Source of the DNA: a virus
Strand: one strand, 5' to 3'
DNA: 64,000 nt
IMG/VR virus record: IMGVR_UViG_3300045988_159113
The translations under genes and the position numbers were made by a program. The notes under the pieces were generated by a model, which was not told the origin of the DNA, ran no database searches, and was given only the letters and a program-made list of their open reading frames with translations. Below are positions 21,080 to 29,134 of the stretch, piece after piece. Positions within the stretch are counted from its first letter, which is position 1. The number at the start of each line of letters is the position of its first letter.

Positions 21080-22021
21080 TTATTTACGAAAAATATTTCC
21101 TCCCCTCTTCTAATATAAAACAAACGGCTGTAAAAATTCGACTTGACCAGACTATCCAATTCTAGCACTTCCAGGATAAATCCGCTTGTTCCAAACATCT
21201 ACAAACGCAGCCTTCTACTAAGGACTAACAGCAGCCTTCCACATGTCATATAAATCCTTATTATGAACAGCCGTATTGTTTAGCTCAGTGAAAGCATTTC
21301 TCGAAAATCTTAGTGCATTACCATCTCTAGCACCCTGTCTGACAATAGCAGCATAACTGTCAGGGCTTAAACCAGATTTGTGAAGACCCTTGTCCGCCAC
21401 ATCTTCCAATAAGACTTTCACAGCACCACGATGAGAACCCTGGTTCTTCATGAAACTACCCAATGGAGCAGATGCAAAATCTCCGGATAAATAAGTACCA
21501 GGACGTACAATCTCACGAATAGTAGACCAAAAAGTACGCATGTCTTCCTTCGGAATGACATTCCCCAACTCATCTAAAACCTTACCAGTGTCCTGCTTAT
21601 ACTCAACACCAGGAGGAGTCAAAATGACATTCATCGTACCGTTCTCATATGGAGTAGCTGATAAAGTGCCCCAACCAGCCTTTCCACCATTAGATGGAGT
21701 AACACCATAACCAGGTAATACCTTACCACTAGAAGGAAGAAATACTTTCTTCCCATCCGGCATTGTTATCAAACCATCAAGAGTACGCTTCGGGCCAGAT
21801 TGAATCATATGCCTAACACCAGGAATATCACCAGGCTTCGCAATATCACGCCAAACATAACGCTTGCCATCAAATAAAAACTTGTCTGCCTTAGACTAAG
21901 TAGAAACCCATTTCTCATAATCCTGCAAAGCAGCACGCTGAAATTTGTTTAAAGAGCCATAAGCTCCCTTAGATAAACCCAAAATCTCACGAAGAGAGCG
22001 AGAAACTATTTTCGAATTCAT
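21080..22021 (-). CDS. hypothetical protein
   Basis: ATG at 22021, one TAG, then track ORF 21218..21808. The standard-code stop is a tandem TAG-TAG (21215-21220). The frame stays open to TAA 21080, next to the terminator. Confidence 0.45.
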
Positions 22022-22028
22022 TTTTTTT

Positions 22029-22048
22029 CGCAATTTTAGTATTTATTT
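22029..22048 (-). promoter_or_regulatory. late promoter box (degenerate)
   Basis: Minus strand reads AAATACTAAAATTGCGAAAA just upstream of ATG 22021. Confidence 0.3.
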
Positions 22049-22094
22049 CGAACACGAGTGGAGACCATATGTGTCCACCCCCGGGGGTGTCCAC

Positions 22095-22127
22095 AAAAAA
22101 AAATAGTCTTTCAAGTCGTATGTAAGT
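22095..22127 (+). promoter_or_regulatory. early promoter-like motif, copy 1 (partial)
   Basis: AAAAAAAAATAGTCTTTCAAGTCGTATGTAAGT. Confidence 0.4.
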
Positions 22128-22289
22128 TTCTGACGAAACGTGAACGTTCATGGTTTCGGTCGGTGCGACTTGAAGTTGGTTCAGCACCTAAAATAAGAAA
22201 CTGACATTTTAACCTTACGGCTCACTTTGCACTGCAAGGAGTGAGACCGATAACTATTGCAGAGGGTGGGTGAAAGACCCACTAAAAAG

Positions 22290-22685
22290 ATGAAAACAGG
22301 ATTTATCAATGCAACAATAAAGATTTTATGGCCTGAGACTGAAGAGGCCACAAAATCTTTCATCTTCGGGGTTTACGACTTCGAAGAGGAAAAGGCAATG
22401 GACTTTATGGCAAGGCAAATAACCTATGCCATGAAGTCCATTGACCACGAGTTCCTTTTGAGGAATGCGGCTGATTGGCTGCTCGGACCCGATGAGATTG
22501 GGTCCGATGACCCTATTTTTTTACGCCCAGAAAAAGGGCATAAGAAGATGGTGGCATCTGGCCCTGGCTGTGTTCAAAACAAGGCTTATTGCCTTGTAAT
22601 TGAATATGGAATGAACGAGAACGAAACTGCGGATGAATTTGACCCACAGATGTTCGCGAAAATGGTTGATGAATTTCTCAAATAA
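22290..22685 (+). CDS. early hypothetical protein
   Basis: ATG at 22290 inside track ORF 22257..22685. FGVYDFEEE is shared with 23905..24210. Confidence 0.55.
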   Translation: MKTGFINATIKILWPETEEATKSFIFGVYDFEEEKAMDFMARQITYAMKSIDHEFLLRNAADWLLGPDEIGSDDPIFLRPEKGHKKMVASGPGCVQNKAYCLVIEYGMNENETADEFDPQMFAKMVDEFLK

Positions 22686-22703
22686 CATCAACCAACGACA
22701 ACC

Positions 22704-22747
22704 AGCACAGCAGGCATCCTACTTTTGGGGTGCTTGCTGTGCTTTTA
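22704..22747 (+). terminator. intrinsic terminator
   Basis: AGCACAGCAGGCATCC / GGGGTGCTTGCTGTGCT stem followed by TTTT. Confidence 0.6.
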
Positions 22748-22751
22748 ATTT

Positions 22752-22792
22752 TAAACGTCTCAAAATAGTCTTTGTATACGTTAGTATATACC
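22752..22792 (+). promoter_or_regulatory. early promoter-like motif, copy 2
   Basis: TAAACGTCTCAAAATAGTCTTTGTATACGTTAGTATATACC. Confidence 0.5.
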
Positions 22793-22911
22793 TGACGGTA
22801 TAAGCACGTCATTCGGTTCATTCCCGAATTAAAACAATAGAATGGCGCACTTTGAGTGGTTCAACGCAACAAGGCAACCACACAAGTTTAACCTTGTAAA
22901 AACAAAGAAAC

Positions 22912-23196
22912 ATGAAACAAGGACAGACTTTTGAGGTGGTTGGCGTCATAAAAAATGCCAGCCAACCTTATCTTGTGCTCTCTCTTGCCATAGGCAATGG
23001 AGAAACGCATGAAGTGGCATGCGTGCCATTCAACAAGTTTCTCCAATGTGAGAGACTTGGAGAGATTATTTCTAACGTTGATGGTCAGTGTACCATTGAT
23101 GAAATAGAAAAACTGATTGATAATGTGAGAGGTGAAAAACCTTTCACTCTTGCCGTAGCAATATACGGTGAAGTTGAGCATTACATTGGCTTCTAA
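22912..23196 (+). CDS. early hypothetical protein
   Basis: Intact 94-aa ORF in its own promoter-terminator cassette. Confidence 0.55.
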   Translation: MKQGQTFEVVGVIKNASQPYLVLSLAIGNGETHEVACVPFNKFLQCERLGEIISNVDGQCTIDEIEKLIDNVRGEKPFTLAVAIYGEVEHYIGF

Positions 23197-23216
23197 ATAA
23201 AGCAGTTAATGCTCAA

Positions 23217-23251
23217 GCCTACCCGCTACACTTCGTGTGTGGCGGGCAGGC
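23217..23251 (+). terminator. hairpin terminator
   Basis: GCCTACCCGCTACAC-TTCG-TGTGTGGCGGGCAGGC. Confidence 0.55.
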
Positions 23252-23262
23252 ATTCTTAAAAC

Positions 23263-23299
23263 TAAAACGTCAAACTAGTCTGCAAAACGTTTGTATCTC
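23263..23299 (+). promoter_or_regulatory. early promoter-like motif, copy 3
   Basis: TAAAACGTCAAACTAGTCTGCAAAACGTTTGTATCTC. Confidence 0.5.
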
Positions 23300-23420
23300 T
23301 AAGACGTGAGAACGTCACGGCTATCATCCTTGCATTTCCGTACTTTTGTTGTGTTTCTGAAAGCAAGGGCAGAAATACATGGGATATTTAAGTTTCACCC
23401 AATAAAGAAAAAGAAGAGAC

Positions 23421-23732
23421 ATGAAAGAAAACAAGAAAGATTGGACTTGGGCAACCAAGTCTAATGAGGTCGAGTCGCTTGTTCCAGACCTCGAGATTGG
23501 GCGTACTTATACAGTGCAGCCCATGGGAGCTGAAAAGCTCCCTAATGGCAGACATGCCGTAATGGTTTACGTCTGCGAACTGGGAGAGTTCAGAACTTTC
23601 CCAATAGGTTGCTTTGGGAAACACATTTTCACACTTGGTGAAGAGTTTTCCAAAGCAAAGTTCCATGTCGTTGTCTCTAAAGCAGAGATAAACGGCAAAA
23701 TGACTAAATCTTGGAAAGTTGAGTTGGCATGA
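23421..23732 (+). CDS. early hypothetical protein
   Basis: Intact 103-aa ORF. Confidence 0.55.
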   Translation: MKENKKDWTWATKSNEVESLVPDLEIGRTYTVQPMGAEKLPNGRHAVMVYVCELGEFRTFPIGCFGKHIFTLGEEFSKAKFHVVVSKAEINGKMTKSWKVELA

Positions 23733-23755
23733 GCCAACTCTTCTTTTCTTTTATC

Positions 23756-23789
23756 GCATCGCTCCTTGGCATATAGGGAGCGGTGCTTT
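23756..23789 (+). terminator. intrinsic terminator
   Basis: GCATCGCTCC...GGAGCGGTGC followed by TTT. A second small hairpin (GTTGGC/GCCAAC) spans the stop codon. Confidence 0.55.
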
Positions 23790-23794
23790 GAAAC

Positions 23795-23833
23795 TTAAAC
23801 GTCAAAAATAGTCTACTATCGTATGTAAGTACG
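23795..23833 (+). promoter_or_regulatory. early promoter-like motif, copy 4
   Basis: TTAAACGTCAAAAATAGTCTACTATCGTATGTAAGTACG. Confidence 0.5.
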
Positions 23834-23904
23834 TGAGCGTACAAACGTACAATCCTGCGGTTGCCATTGCGCAGTTTATCAGTGGCGAACTTAATTTCCT
23901 ACAT

Positions 23905-24210
23905 ATGGAAAATTTTAAGGAGACAAACCCCAAGGAATATTTGAGATTTGGGGTTTATGACTTGGACAGCAAGGACTTGTTGTTCATTGCCATCCAAGGT
24001 TTCTTTGCATCAACAGCGTGGTGCAAAGGAGATAAAGAATATAACGCTGTAATGGGCCAAAAGTTTGAGGCTATTACCTCTGACGACGGCAAAAGTTGGA
24101 GTTTAGACCGCGCTAACATTAGGCGCGTGTCCAACAAGGAGCAGTTTGATAGACTCCTCAAGGACTCCTGCAAGGAATTCAAAGACATTGCTGCAAAATA
24201 TATGCAGTGA
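23905..24210 (+). CDS. early hypothetical protein (paralog of 22290..22685)
   Basis: First ATG of track ORF 23833..24210, which otherwise begins inside the promoter motif. FGVYDLDSK. Confidence 0.5.
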   Translation: MENFKETNPKEYLRFGVYDLDSKDLLFIAIQGFFASTAWCKGDKEYNAVMGQKFEAITSDDGKSWSLDRANIRRVSNKEQFDRLLKDSCKEFKDIAAKYMQ

Positions 24211-24215
24211 TGAAT

Positions 24216-24250
24216 GCGCGAGTAACCATACAAGGTTGCTCGCGCTTTTT
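24216..24250 (+). terminator. intrinsic terminator
   Basis: GCGCGAGTAACC-ATACAA-GGTTGCTCGCGC followed by TTTTT. Confidence 0.7.
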
Positions 24251-24255
24251 AATTT

Positions 24256-24296
24256 CTAAAACGTAAAAGTAGTCGTCCGTATACGTCTGTATATGC
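24256..24296 (+). promoter_or_regulatory. early promoter-like motif, copy 5
   Basis: CTAAAACGTAAAAGTAGTCGTCCGTATACGTCTGTATATGC. Confidence 0.5.
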
Positions 24297-24410
24297 TTGC
24301 GCATAAACGTCCACCCTTTGGACTGATTGCGTACTATCCCACAAAACTTTGCTGACTGAGTGCAAGGTGGGCAGGGGATAGTTTTTGTTGTTCTTCTAAA
24401 AACAAGAAAC

Positions 24411-24914
24411 ATGGAAGAAAAGACAACAAAGCGCCCAAGGCGCGTAATGGTCAGTGAGGGCAAGCTGCTCATCATGACCGAACTCCCTTTTATAGAGGGA
24501 GAACCAAGACCATGCACTAACTTCTTTAAGGCTTATAATGGCAAGGCAGCAGCACTTGCCATAGAAGCATTAAAGGAGCGTGTAAACGTGTGCATTTCAA
24601 CCTTACAACACAACTTGAATAAAGTTTCACGTGTTGGCGTTCAAGGGGCAGAATGGGGCACAGGGCACTTTTCAATGGCAGCATACGAAGCCATGGAGGA
24701 AAGCATAGAGCGCCTAATAGATGGACAACTCCCAACTCGTTTGGGCGCTATCCAAACGCTTAAAGCCATGAGGGAGGTGACCTATGCTTGTAATACCTAT
24801 AGGGTAATTACAGAGAGAGCGAGCAATCTAAAGATGAATTATCCAGAATTTTCTGACGTTAAAACTTTCATCTTTAACGTTATGTGTGAGGTGGCGATAA
24901 TGGGAGAGGATTAA
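24411..24914 (+). CDS. early hypothetical protein
   Basis: ATG at 24411 within track ORF 24360..24914. Confidence 0.55.
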   Translation: MEEKTTKRPRRVMVSEGKLLIMTELPFIEGEPRPCTNFFKAYNGKAAALAIEALKERVNVCISTLQHNLNKVSRVGVQGAEWGTGHFSMAAYEAMEESIERLIDGQLPTRLGAIQTLKAMREVTYACNTYRVITERASNLKMNYPEFSDVKTFIFNVMCEVAIMGED

Positions 24915-24934
24915 GCACCATCTCATATCCCCAA

Positions 24935-24980
24935 GTGGGGAGCGGTACAATGTGCCGTTCCCCACGATATTGGGCTTTTT
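24935..24980 (+). terminator. terminator-like hairpin
   Basis: GTGGGGAGCGGTACA / TGTGCCGTTCCCCAC. The T5 run lies 10 nt downstream. Confidence 0.4.
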
Positions 24981-24987
24981 GTAAAAT

Positions 24988-25023
24988 TCAAAACGTCAAA
25001 AGAGTCATCTGTATAGTATATTC
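24988..25023 (+). promoter_or_regulatory. early promoter-like motif, copy 6
   Basis: TCAAAACGTCAAAAGAGTCATCTGTATAGTATATTC. Confidence 0.45.
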
Positions 25024-25064
25024 TAAAACGTTAAAATAGTCCTAAAATCGTCTGTATTTTATTG
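25023..25064 (+). promoter_or_regulatory. early promoter-like motif, copy 7 (tandem with copy 6)
   Basis: CTAAAACGTTAAAATAGTCCTAAAATCGTCTGTATTTTATTG. Confidence 0.45.
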
Positions 25065-25160
25065 ACTTCGTCAATAAGCGTCCTGCCCTTTCGGGGTAGC
25101 CCTCAGGATTGCTTAATGTTGTACACCAATTAGGGGCTATTGGTAAAAATTCCTAACAAT

Positions 25161-25775
25161 ATGATACAAGGAGTTTTTGAAGGCGATGCCTTCGCAGCAG
25201 TGCTCAATGCTACGTTTGCGTTGAGCGCAACACGGCTTCCTGTCAACAAGCCGTTTTTCGTGGTTGGTAGTTCTATCGTTTCGCTCAAAAACGACAAGGG
25301 CGAGATGATAATGAACAGGGACGGAAACCCCATGCCGTTCCCCGTTCTCCTTATTCGCTTTGCGAAGAAAGGAGATAGCGCACCAACAAAATGCGCAGCC
25401 AACAAGACCCCAACAAAGGTACAACGCTTCCCCGCTGAGGTAGTTACCGCAACCATTCCCGCAGGGGAGGGAGTGGTCAACGAGACCTTGTTTCTGTCAA
25501 CCATTACGCGTGACGTGAGAGATGCGGTTGACGAGGCAAACCAGTTTGTGCGCATACAGCACACTGGTGTGGCTGCTGATGCGGCACGTGCAGCGCAGGC
25601 TGCTAACGACACGAACGAGAAGGCTCTTGTGCGCGTCTGCAAGGCTATTTATGCCATGCAAGACGAAGGCAAGTGTTGGGTGTTGAAACCCAACGACTGC
25701 GCCAAGTTGACAAGAGATGGCAGACGTTACCCTGCCATCTATGTCAACTTGGAGTCGGCAGCAATACCGACATAA
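25161..25775 (+). CDS. early hypothetical protein, G+C-rich gene
   Basis: ATG at 25161 within track ORF 25140..25775. Cassette context supports the plus strand over antisense ORF 25130..25642. Confidence 0.55.
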   Translation: MIQGVFEGDAFAAVLNATFALSATRLPVNKPFFVVGSSIVSLKNDKGEMIMNRDGNPMPFPVLLIRFAKKGDSAPTKCAANKTPTKVQRFPAEVVTATIPAGEGVVNETLFLSTITRDVRDAVDEANQFVRIQHTGVAADAARAAQAANDTNEKALVRVCKAIYAMQDEGKCWVLKPNDCAKLTRDGRRYPAIYVNLESAAIPT

Positions 25776-25797
25776 GCCGTACCTTTTCCCTATACTC

Positions 25798-25830
25798 GCA
25801 CCCCTTTGCTCCTATGTGGGCAAGGGGTGC
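25798..25830 (+). terminator. hairpin terminator
   Basis: GCACCCCTTTGC...GCAAGGGGTGC. Confidence 0.5.
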
Positions 25831-25880
25831 TTGCCTATCACACACACACACACCACGCGAAACTAACATGTCTCCGACAT

Positions 25881-25910
25881 GTAAACGTCAAAATAGTCAA
25901 GTGTATTCGG
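25881..25910 (+). promoter_or_regulatory. early promoter-like motif, copy 8
   Basis: GTAAACGTCAAAATAGTCAAGTGTATTCGG. Confidence 0.5.
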
Positions 25911-26026
25911 CTGCCTGTCCTTGACGGTATCTGGTGCTCCGTCGTTAAATGTATTAGCACCACAAAGACGGTATATGGCGTTCCGTCTATAAATGTATTA
26001 ACGCCACAAATTAAAAGATTACGATC

Positions 26027-26584
26027 ATGATCGATCCAGAAGTCGAGCTCACTAGAGCTCTTGAGAACCCTGACAATGTGAAGGGTTCCTCTTTCACCGG
26101 CGCAATGCGCAGCGGTGAGATGTTAAACACCGTAGATGGCGATGTCATCATTATGCCTGCTTCTCTCGAGGAGCTTGATGGCAAGATCATCACGCACAAG
26201 AACTTGCGCAATGCGCAGAGTATCATGTGCCGTGCCATCAACAACGGTGTTGAGAAAGTTGTGGAATTTTGGCCTAACTCTTTGTGCCGTGTTGGCCAGG
26301 AGTATACCAAGGCTGACTTCGAGGGTGCTATTGCTCACCGCACTGGCAACACATTCCCCAACGAGGGCGAAGTAGTGGATACAGTCAAGAACTGTCCCAC
26401 TGTTGCTAAGGCTATGGAGCAGCTGTATGGTAAGGCCATCAAATTCACCAAGCTCAAGGACTACACAACAGTCCGTTTCGGTACAAACGACCTTCGTGAT
26501 ACCAACAGTTGGACCATTGAGTTTGTTCCGGTGCCTGGTGCTGCTCCTACTCGTCCATCAGGTGGTAGTCGTTCACGCCGTTGA
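26027..26584 (+). CDS. early hypothetical protein, G+C-rich, basic Gly/Ser/Arg tail
   Basis: Intact 185-aa ORF starting at ATG 26027. Confidence 0.6.
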   Translation: MIDPEVELTRALENPDNVKGSSFTGAMRSGEMLNTVDGDVIIMPASLEELDGKIITHKNLRNAQSIMCRAINNGVEKVVEFWPNSLCRVGQEYTKADFEGAIAHRTGNTFPNEGEVVDTVKNCPTVAKAMEQLYGKAIKFTKLKDYTTVRFGTNDLRDTNSWTIEFVPVPGAAPTRPSGGSRSRR

Positions 26585-26597
26585 GAACTGTATTCGG

Positions 26598-26632
26598 GAG
26601 GCTATGCAGTGAGAACTGCATAGTCCTCTTTG
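26598..26632 (+). terminator. intrinsic terminator
   Basis: GAGGCTATGCAGT-GAGA-ACTGCATAGTCCTC followed by TTT. Confidence 0.6.
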
Positions 26633-26656
26633 ATGGTACAAAAATCCCTGTCAGGC

Positions 26657-26682
26657 AGAATAGCTGTCCCGTAAATGTATAC
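26657..26682 (+). promoter_or_regulatory. degenerate ninth copy of the early motif
   Basis: CAGAATAGCTGTCCCGTAAATGTATA. Nested in the inverted repeat TCCCTGTCA...TGACAGGGA. Upstream of tRNA-like cluster 1. Confidence 0.3.
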
Positions 26683-26907
26683 GGGTGGTTTCTACTTGAC
26701 AGGGATTGTATTCTCAAATTCGTACGTCGCCATGGTTGAGTATCAGCACTTTAGTAACGGTGGAATAATTTATTGCACTGGTTCTGGTCTCGAATGTAAT
26801 GATGCGGAGTTGGTGCGTGTTGCCTTACGTCGTGAATACGACAGTACAGGTTTAGCGTACCAACTTCGTATTTTGGAAATTGCGTCCCAACTTGGGATAC
26901 ACTTATA

Positions 26908-26951
26908 GCCTGTGTTATGGAAAACGACATGTTCGAGTCATGTCACAGGCA
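26908..26951 (+). ncRNA. tRNA-like minihelix (acceptor stem plus T arm only), unit 0
   Basis: GCCTGT-gttatggaaaac-GACATG TTCGAGT CATGTC-ACAGGC-A. No D stem or anticodon arm. Confidence 0.5.
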
Positions 26952-26972
26952 CTTTTGTATCATATTGTCATA

Positions 26973-27049
26973 ATCACACGGTCTGTGAAGATAGTGTGGT
27001 TTTAATTCCCTGAGTGGTATAACCAGGTTCGAATCCTGGCAGGGGAACG
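26973..27049 (+). ncRNA. GNRA-capped hairpin plus tRNA-like minihelix, unit A
   Basis: Hairpin ATCACAC-GG-TCT-GTGA-AGA-TA-GTGTGGT, then TTTTAA linker. Minihelix TCCCTG-AGTGGTATAA-CCAGG TTCGAAT CCTGG-CAGGGG-AACG. Confidence 0.55.
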
Positions 27050-27075
27050 AATTTTAAAAAATTCAAAATAAAGTA

Positions 27076-27240
27076 ATGCAATACATCGCTTACCTCTGGA
27101 ACGGTAGGACTCATGACAAGTATGCCATGTTGTCTTACGTTGGAGAGGAAGAGTTGGATGCTTTCAAAAAGAGAGTGAAGTCATGCTATCCCTATACTCA
27201 GGGATGGTATGCTGAATTCTCTGTTTTTGAGAGAATCTAA
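27076..27240 (+). CDS. small hypothetical protein (54 aa)
   Basis: ATG to TAA ORF (MQYIAYLWNGRTHDKY...) below the track length cutoff. Confidence 0.3.
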   Translation: MQYIAYLWNGRTHDKYAMLSYVGEEELDAFKKRVKSCYPYTQGWYAEFSVFERI

Positions 27241-27318
27241 CTCGACTTGGGTTATGCTTCCCAAGGTGTAGACAAAAAGCAACCTTTCAACAAAAAATAA
27301 ACAAAAAAAACAAAGAAG

Positions 27319-27699
27319 ATGAAAAATTCGAAAATTCATGATTGCAAGATTGTTGATGATGTATCTATACACAACTCTATTCTTAGAGAGTCTCGTATAG
27401 GAGGCATTTCCAACATCGTTAATTCGACAGTCTGCAATTGTATTATTAACGATTGTGTGATTAGAAATTGTACTGTGAAGGCTTCTGTCCTTCGCAATGC
27501 AATAATAAATGGCAAAGAATGCTGTGTTAGCTTGAAATTAGGCCAAATGGCATGTGTGCCAAAAGCATACAAGAGTTATGCAGTAACGATAGACAACGAC
27601 CGTATAAACATGCTCTTTATTTCCGACAAGAACGTGTGGGAATTTGATGTGTGTTCACCAGAAGAGCTGCTAATTGCGCTCAAATTCCATCGTGTATGA
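27319..27699 (+). CDS. beta-helix-repeat protein, family A member 1
   Basis: Intact ORF with short hydrophobic/polar repeats (NSILRESRIGGISNIVNSTVCNCIINDCVIRNCTV). Related to 29688.. and 32094... Confidence 0.55.
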   Translation: MKNSKIHDCKIVDDVSIHNSILRESRIGGISNIVNSTVCNCIINDCVIRNCTVKASVLRNAIINGKECCVSLKLGQMACVPKAYKSYAVTIDNDRINMLFISDKNVWEFDVCSPEELLIALKFHRV

Positions 27700-27923
27700 T
27701 ATGGTCCACTTCCGATGACTCCAAACTCCTCGAGTTGTGGAGTCATCACTACACTGTCAATGCTATCTGCTCAATATTGGGCAGAAGCAAAAGCAGCGTA
27801 TATAAACGCATAGAGAGGTTAAAAACAAACAAAAAAAACAAAGATGAACACAAACGAATTTCTTGGCAAAGTGCTTCCAAGAACTGCTATGTCCAAAGAG
27901 GAGATGGCAAAGACCGTCTCTGA
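27696..27923 (+). CDS. small putative HTH protein
   Basis: ATG at 27696 (ATGA overlap). W..SDD.KLLELW......ICSILGRSKSSVYKRIERL resembles a Myb / sigma region 4-like HTH. Confidence 0.35.
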   Translation: MIWSTSDDSKLLELWSHHYTVNAICSILGRSKSSVYKRIERLKTNKKNKDEHKRISWQSASKNCYVQRGDGKDRL

Positions 27924-28047
27924 TGCGAGTGAAGACTCGCTATTCCGCGATGTCGAGAAGTCAGCCAGAATGATGGGTGACAACTCCGGCATCTGTGGAA
28001 TGTTGAGCTCTGAGGAGGTTTCCGAAACTGCTTCGCGCCTCTTCTAA
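27844..28047 (+). CDS. hypothetical protein
   Basis: ATG preceded by AAAAAACAAAG, the start context recurring in this arm. Overlaps the previous ORF by 80 nt. Confidence 0.4.
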   Translation: MNTNEFLGKVLPRTAMSKEEMAKTVSDASEDSLFRDVEKSARMMGDNSGICGMLSSEEVSETASRLF

Positions 28048-28100
28048 TCCTATAAGCCCTGCCGTGTATTACGGCGGGGCAACCTTTAACATTAAGAAAC

Positions 28101-28319
28101 ATGAATAAGATCAAAAAGGCCATCAGGAGCCTTAATCCTGTTATTCGCACCGCCATAATTTTGGTGGTAGCGTTTATTGCCGCTATGCTTAGTGGCTTCT
28201 TCTTTGGGCACTATCTAGGTAACTCGTCGCCCATCAACTTCTTTGTATTGGTTGTATTTGCAACCTTTGTAATAGTTGGTGTTTATGTTCACCTTATTGA
28301 AGATAGCGATGATGAGTAA
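28101..28319 (+). CDS. small membrane protein with acidic C-terminus
   Basis: 72 aa, two hydrophobic helices, ends EDSDDE. Confidence 0.5.
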   Translation: MNKIKKAIRSLNPVIRTAIILVVAFIAAMLSGFFFGHYLGNSSPINFFVLVVFATFVIVGVYVHLIEDSDDE

Positions 28320-28500
28320 AACATACCAAGCCCTGATCAAAATGATCATCGAGGGCAAGACTGGCGAGGAGTATAAAAAGCTACTCGCTGGTTTAGATGA
28401 GAGCGAGAGAAAAGAGATAAAGGAGTATGAGAAGAAGTTCAAGGAGACTAAACTTGCACAAAAGGCTGCCGAGAATTTCTTTAATGTATTCGGAGTATAA
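28309..28500 (+). CDS. small hypothetical protein
   Basis: ATG at 28309 within track ORF 28276..28500. Overlaps the upstream stop. Confidence 0.45.
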   Translation: MMSKTYQALIKMIIEGKTGEEYKKLLAGLDESERKEIKEYEKKFKETKLAQKAAENFFNVFGV

Positions 28501-28513
28501 AAAAGATAGAGAT

Positions 28514-28750
28514 ATGAAAAGTAAGATAATAACCTGGTGGCATCAGTGTGGTGCCTTCATTACCATCCTGCTTGCTTACGCCGTAGCAACAGGGTCTGCG
28601 ATATACGGCGTAGAGATAGCCAGAAAGTACAATGATATCTTCTGGTTGGTGTTCGCCATTATGGTTGGGCTCTTGATTTCCCTGTTTATAGGGATTGTAT
28701 ACCAAGAGTTCACTATTGAGGAACTTTTAAAGGATGATGACAATGACTAA
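28514..28750 (+). CDS. small membrane protein with acidic C-terminus
   Basis: ATG at 28514 within track ORF 28427..28750. Two hydrophobic helices. Ends KDDDND. Confidence 0.5.
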   Translation: MKSKIITWWHQCGAFITILLAYAVATGSAIYGVEIARKYNDIFWLVFAIMVGLLISLFIGIVYQEFTIEELLKDDDND

Positions 28751-29096
28751 TAAGGAAATAGCCGACCGTATCAATTCGGCGATGCTCCCAGACGTGGAGT
28801 TGTCTCCGAGTTCTTTTCGGGCTACACTCATTGAGTGTGGCCTGAAATATAGCAACATGACCGCGTACATTATCCGCCAGTGTTCAACTTGTTTTGAGGA
28901 AAGACAGGTCGGAAATAACAACAAGCGGATTCGTCGAGTTCGACCTGTGACAGCTGAGGTCATCAAGAAAACCTACGAGCTGAAATCATGTCACCGTACA
29001 AAAGCGGTGAAACTTGAAGAAAAGGAGCTTCTCGAAGATCAGCGAGCAATCGCTCGTTTGAAAAAGAGAGGCTATCTCGTTTTTAAACAACTTTGA
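28734..29096 (+). CDS. hypothetical protein
   Basis: Intact 120-aa ORF. Confidence 0.5.
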   Translation: MMTMTNKEIADRINSAMLPDVELSPSSFRATLIECGLKYSNMTAYIIRQCSTCFEERQVGNNNKRIRRVRPVTAEVIKKTYELKSCHRTKAVKLEEKELLEDQRAIARLKKRGYLVFKQL

Positions 29097-29134
29097 CACT
29101 TTGTCGTTTTTAGTTATATTTTGTTGAAAGGATA

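Noticed and set aside
1-22021. Fragmented late ORFs read as pseudogenes, sequencing errors or frameshifts.
   Set aside because: Every interruption I traced is an in-frame TAG. Frames are preserved across pieces, conserved motifs continue across the TAGs, and a CUA suppressor tRNA is present. The single true frame change, in terL, is treated separately.
25130-25642. 170-aa minus-strand ORF and other overlapping ORFs in the G+C-rich early genes (25137..25424, 26011..26310, 26123..26338, 26136..26375, 26403..26612).
   Set aside because: High G+C opens spurious frames. The promoter motif, terminator and orientation of the cassette support the plus-strand genes 25161.. and 26027...
26675-26908. 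77-aa ORF between the early cassettes and tRNA-like cluster 1.
   Set aside because: It begins inside the inverted repeat and degenerate promoter motif and ends in TAG next to a minihelix. I could not decide between coding and structured RNA, so it is not annotated as a CDS.
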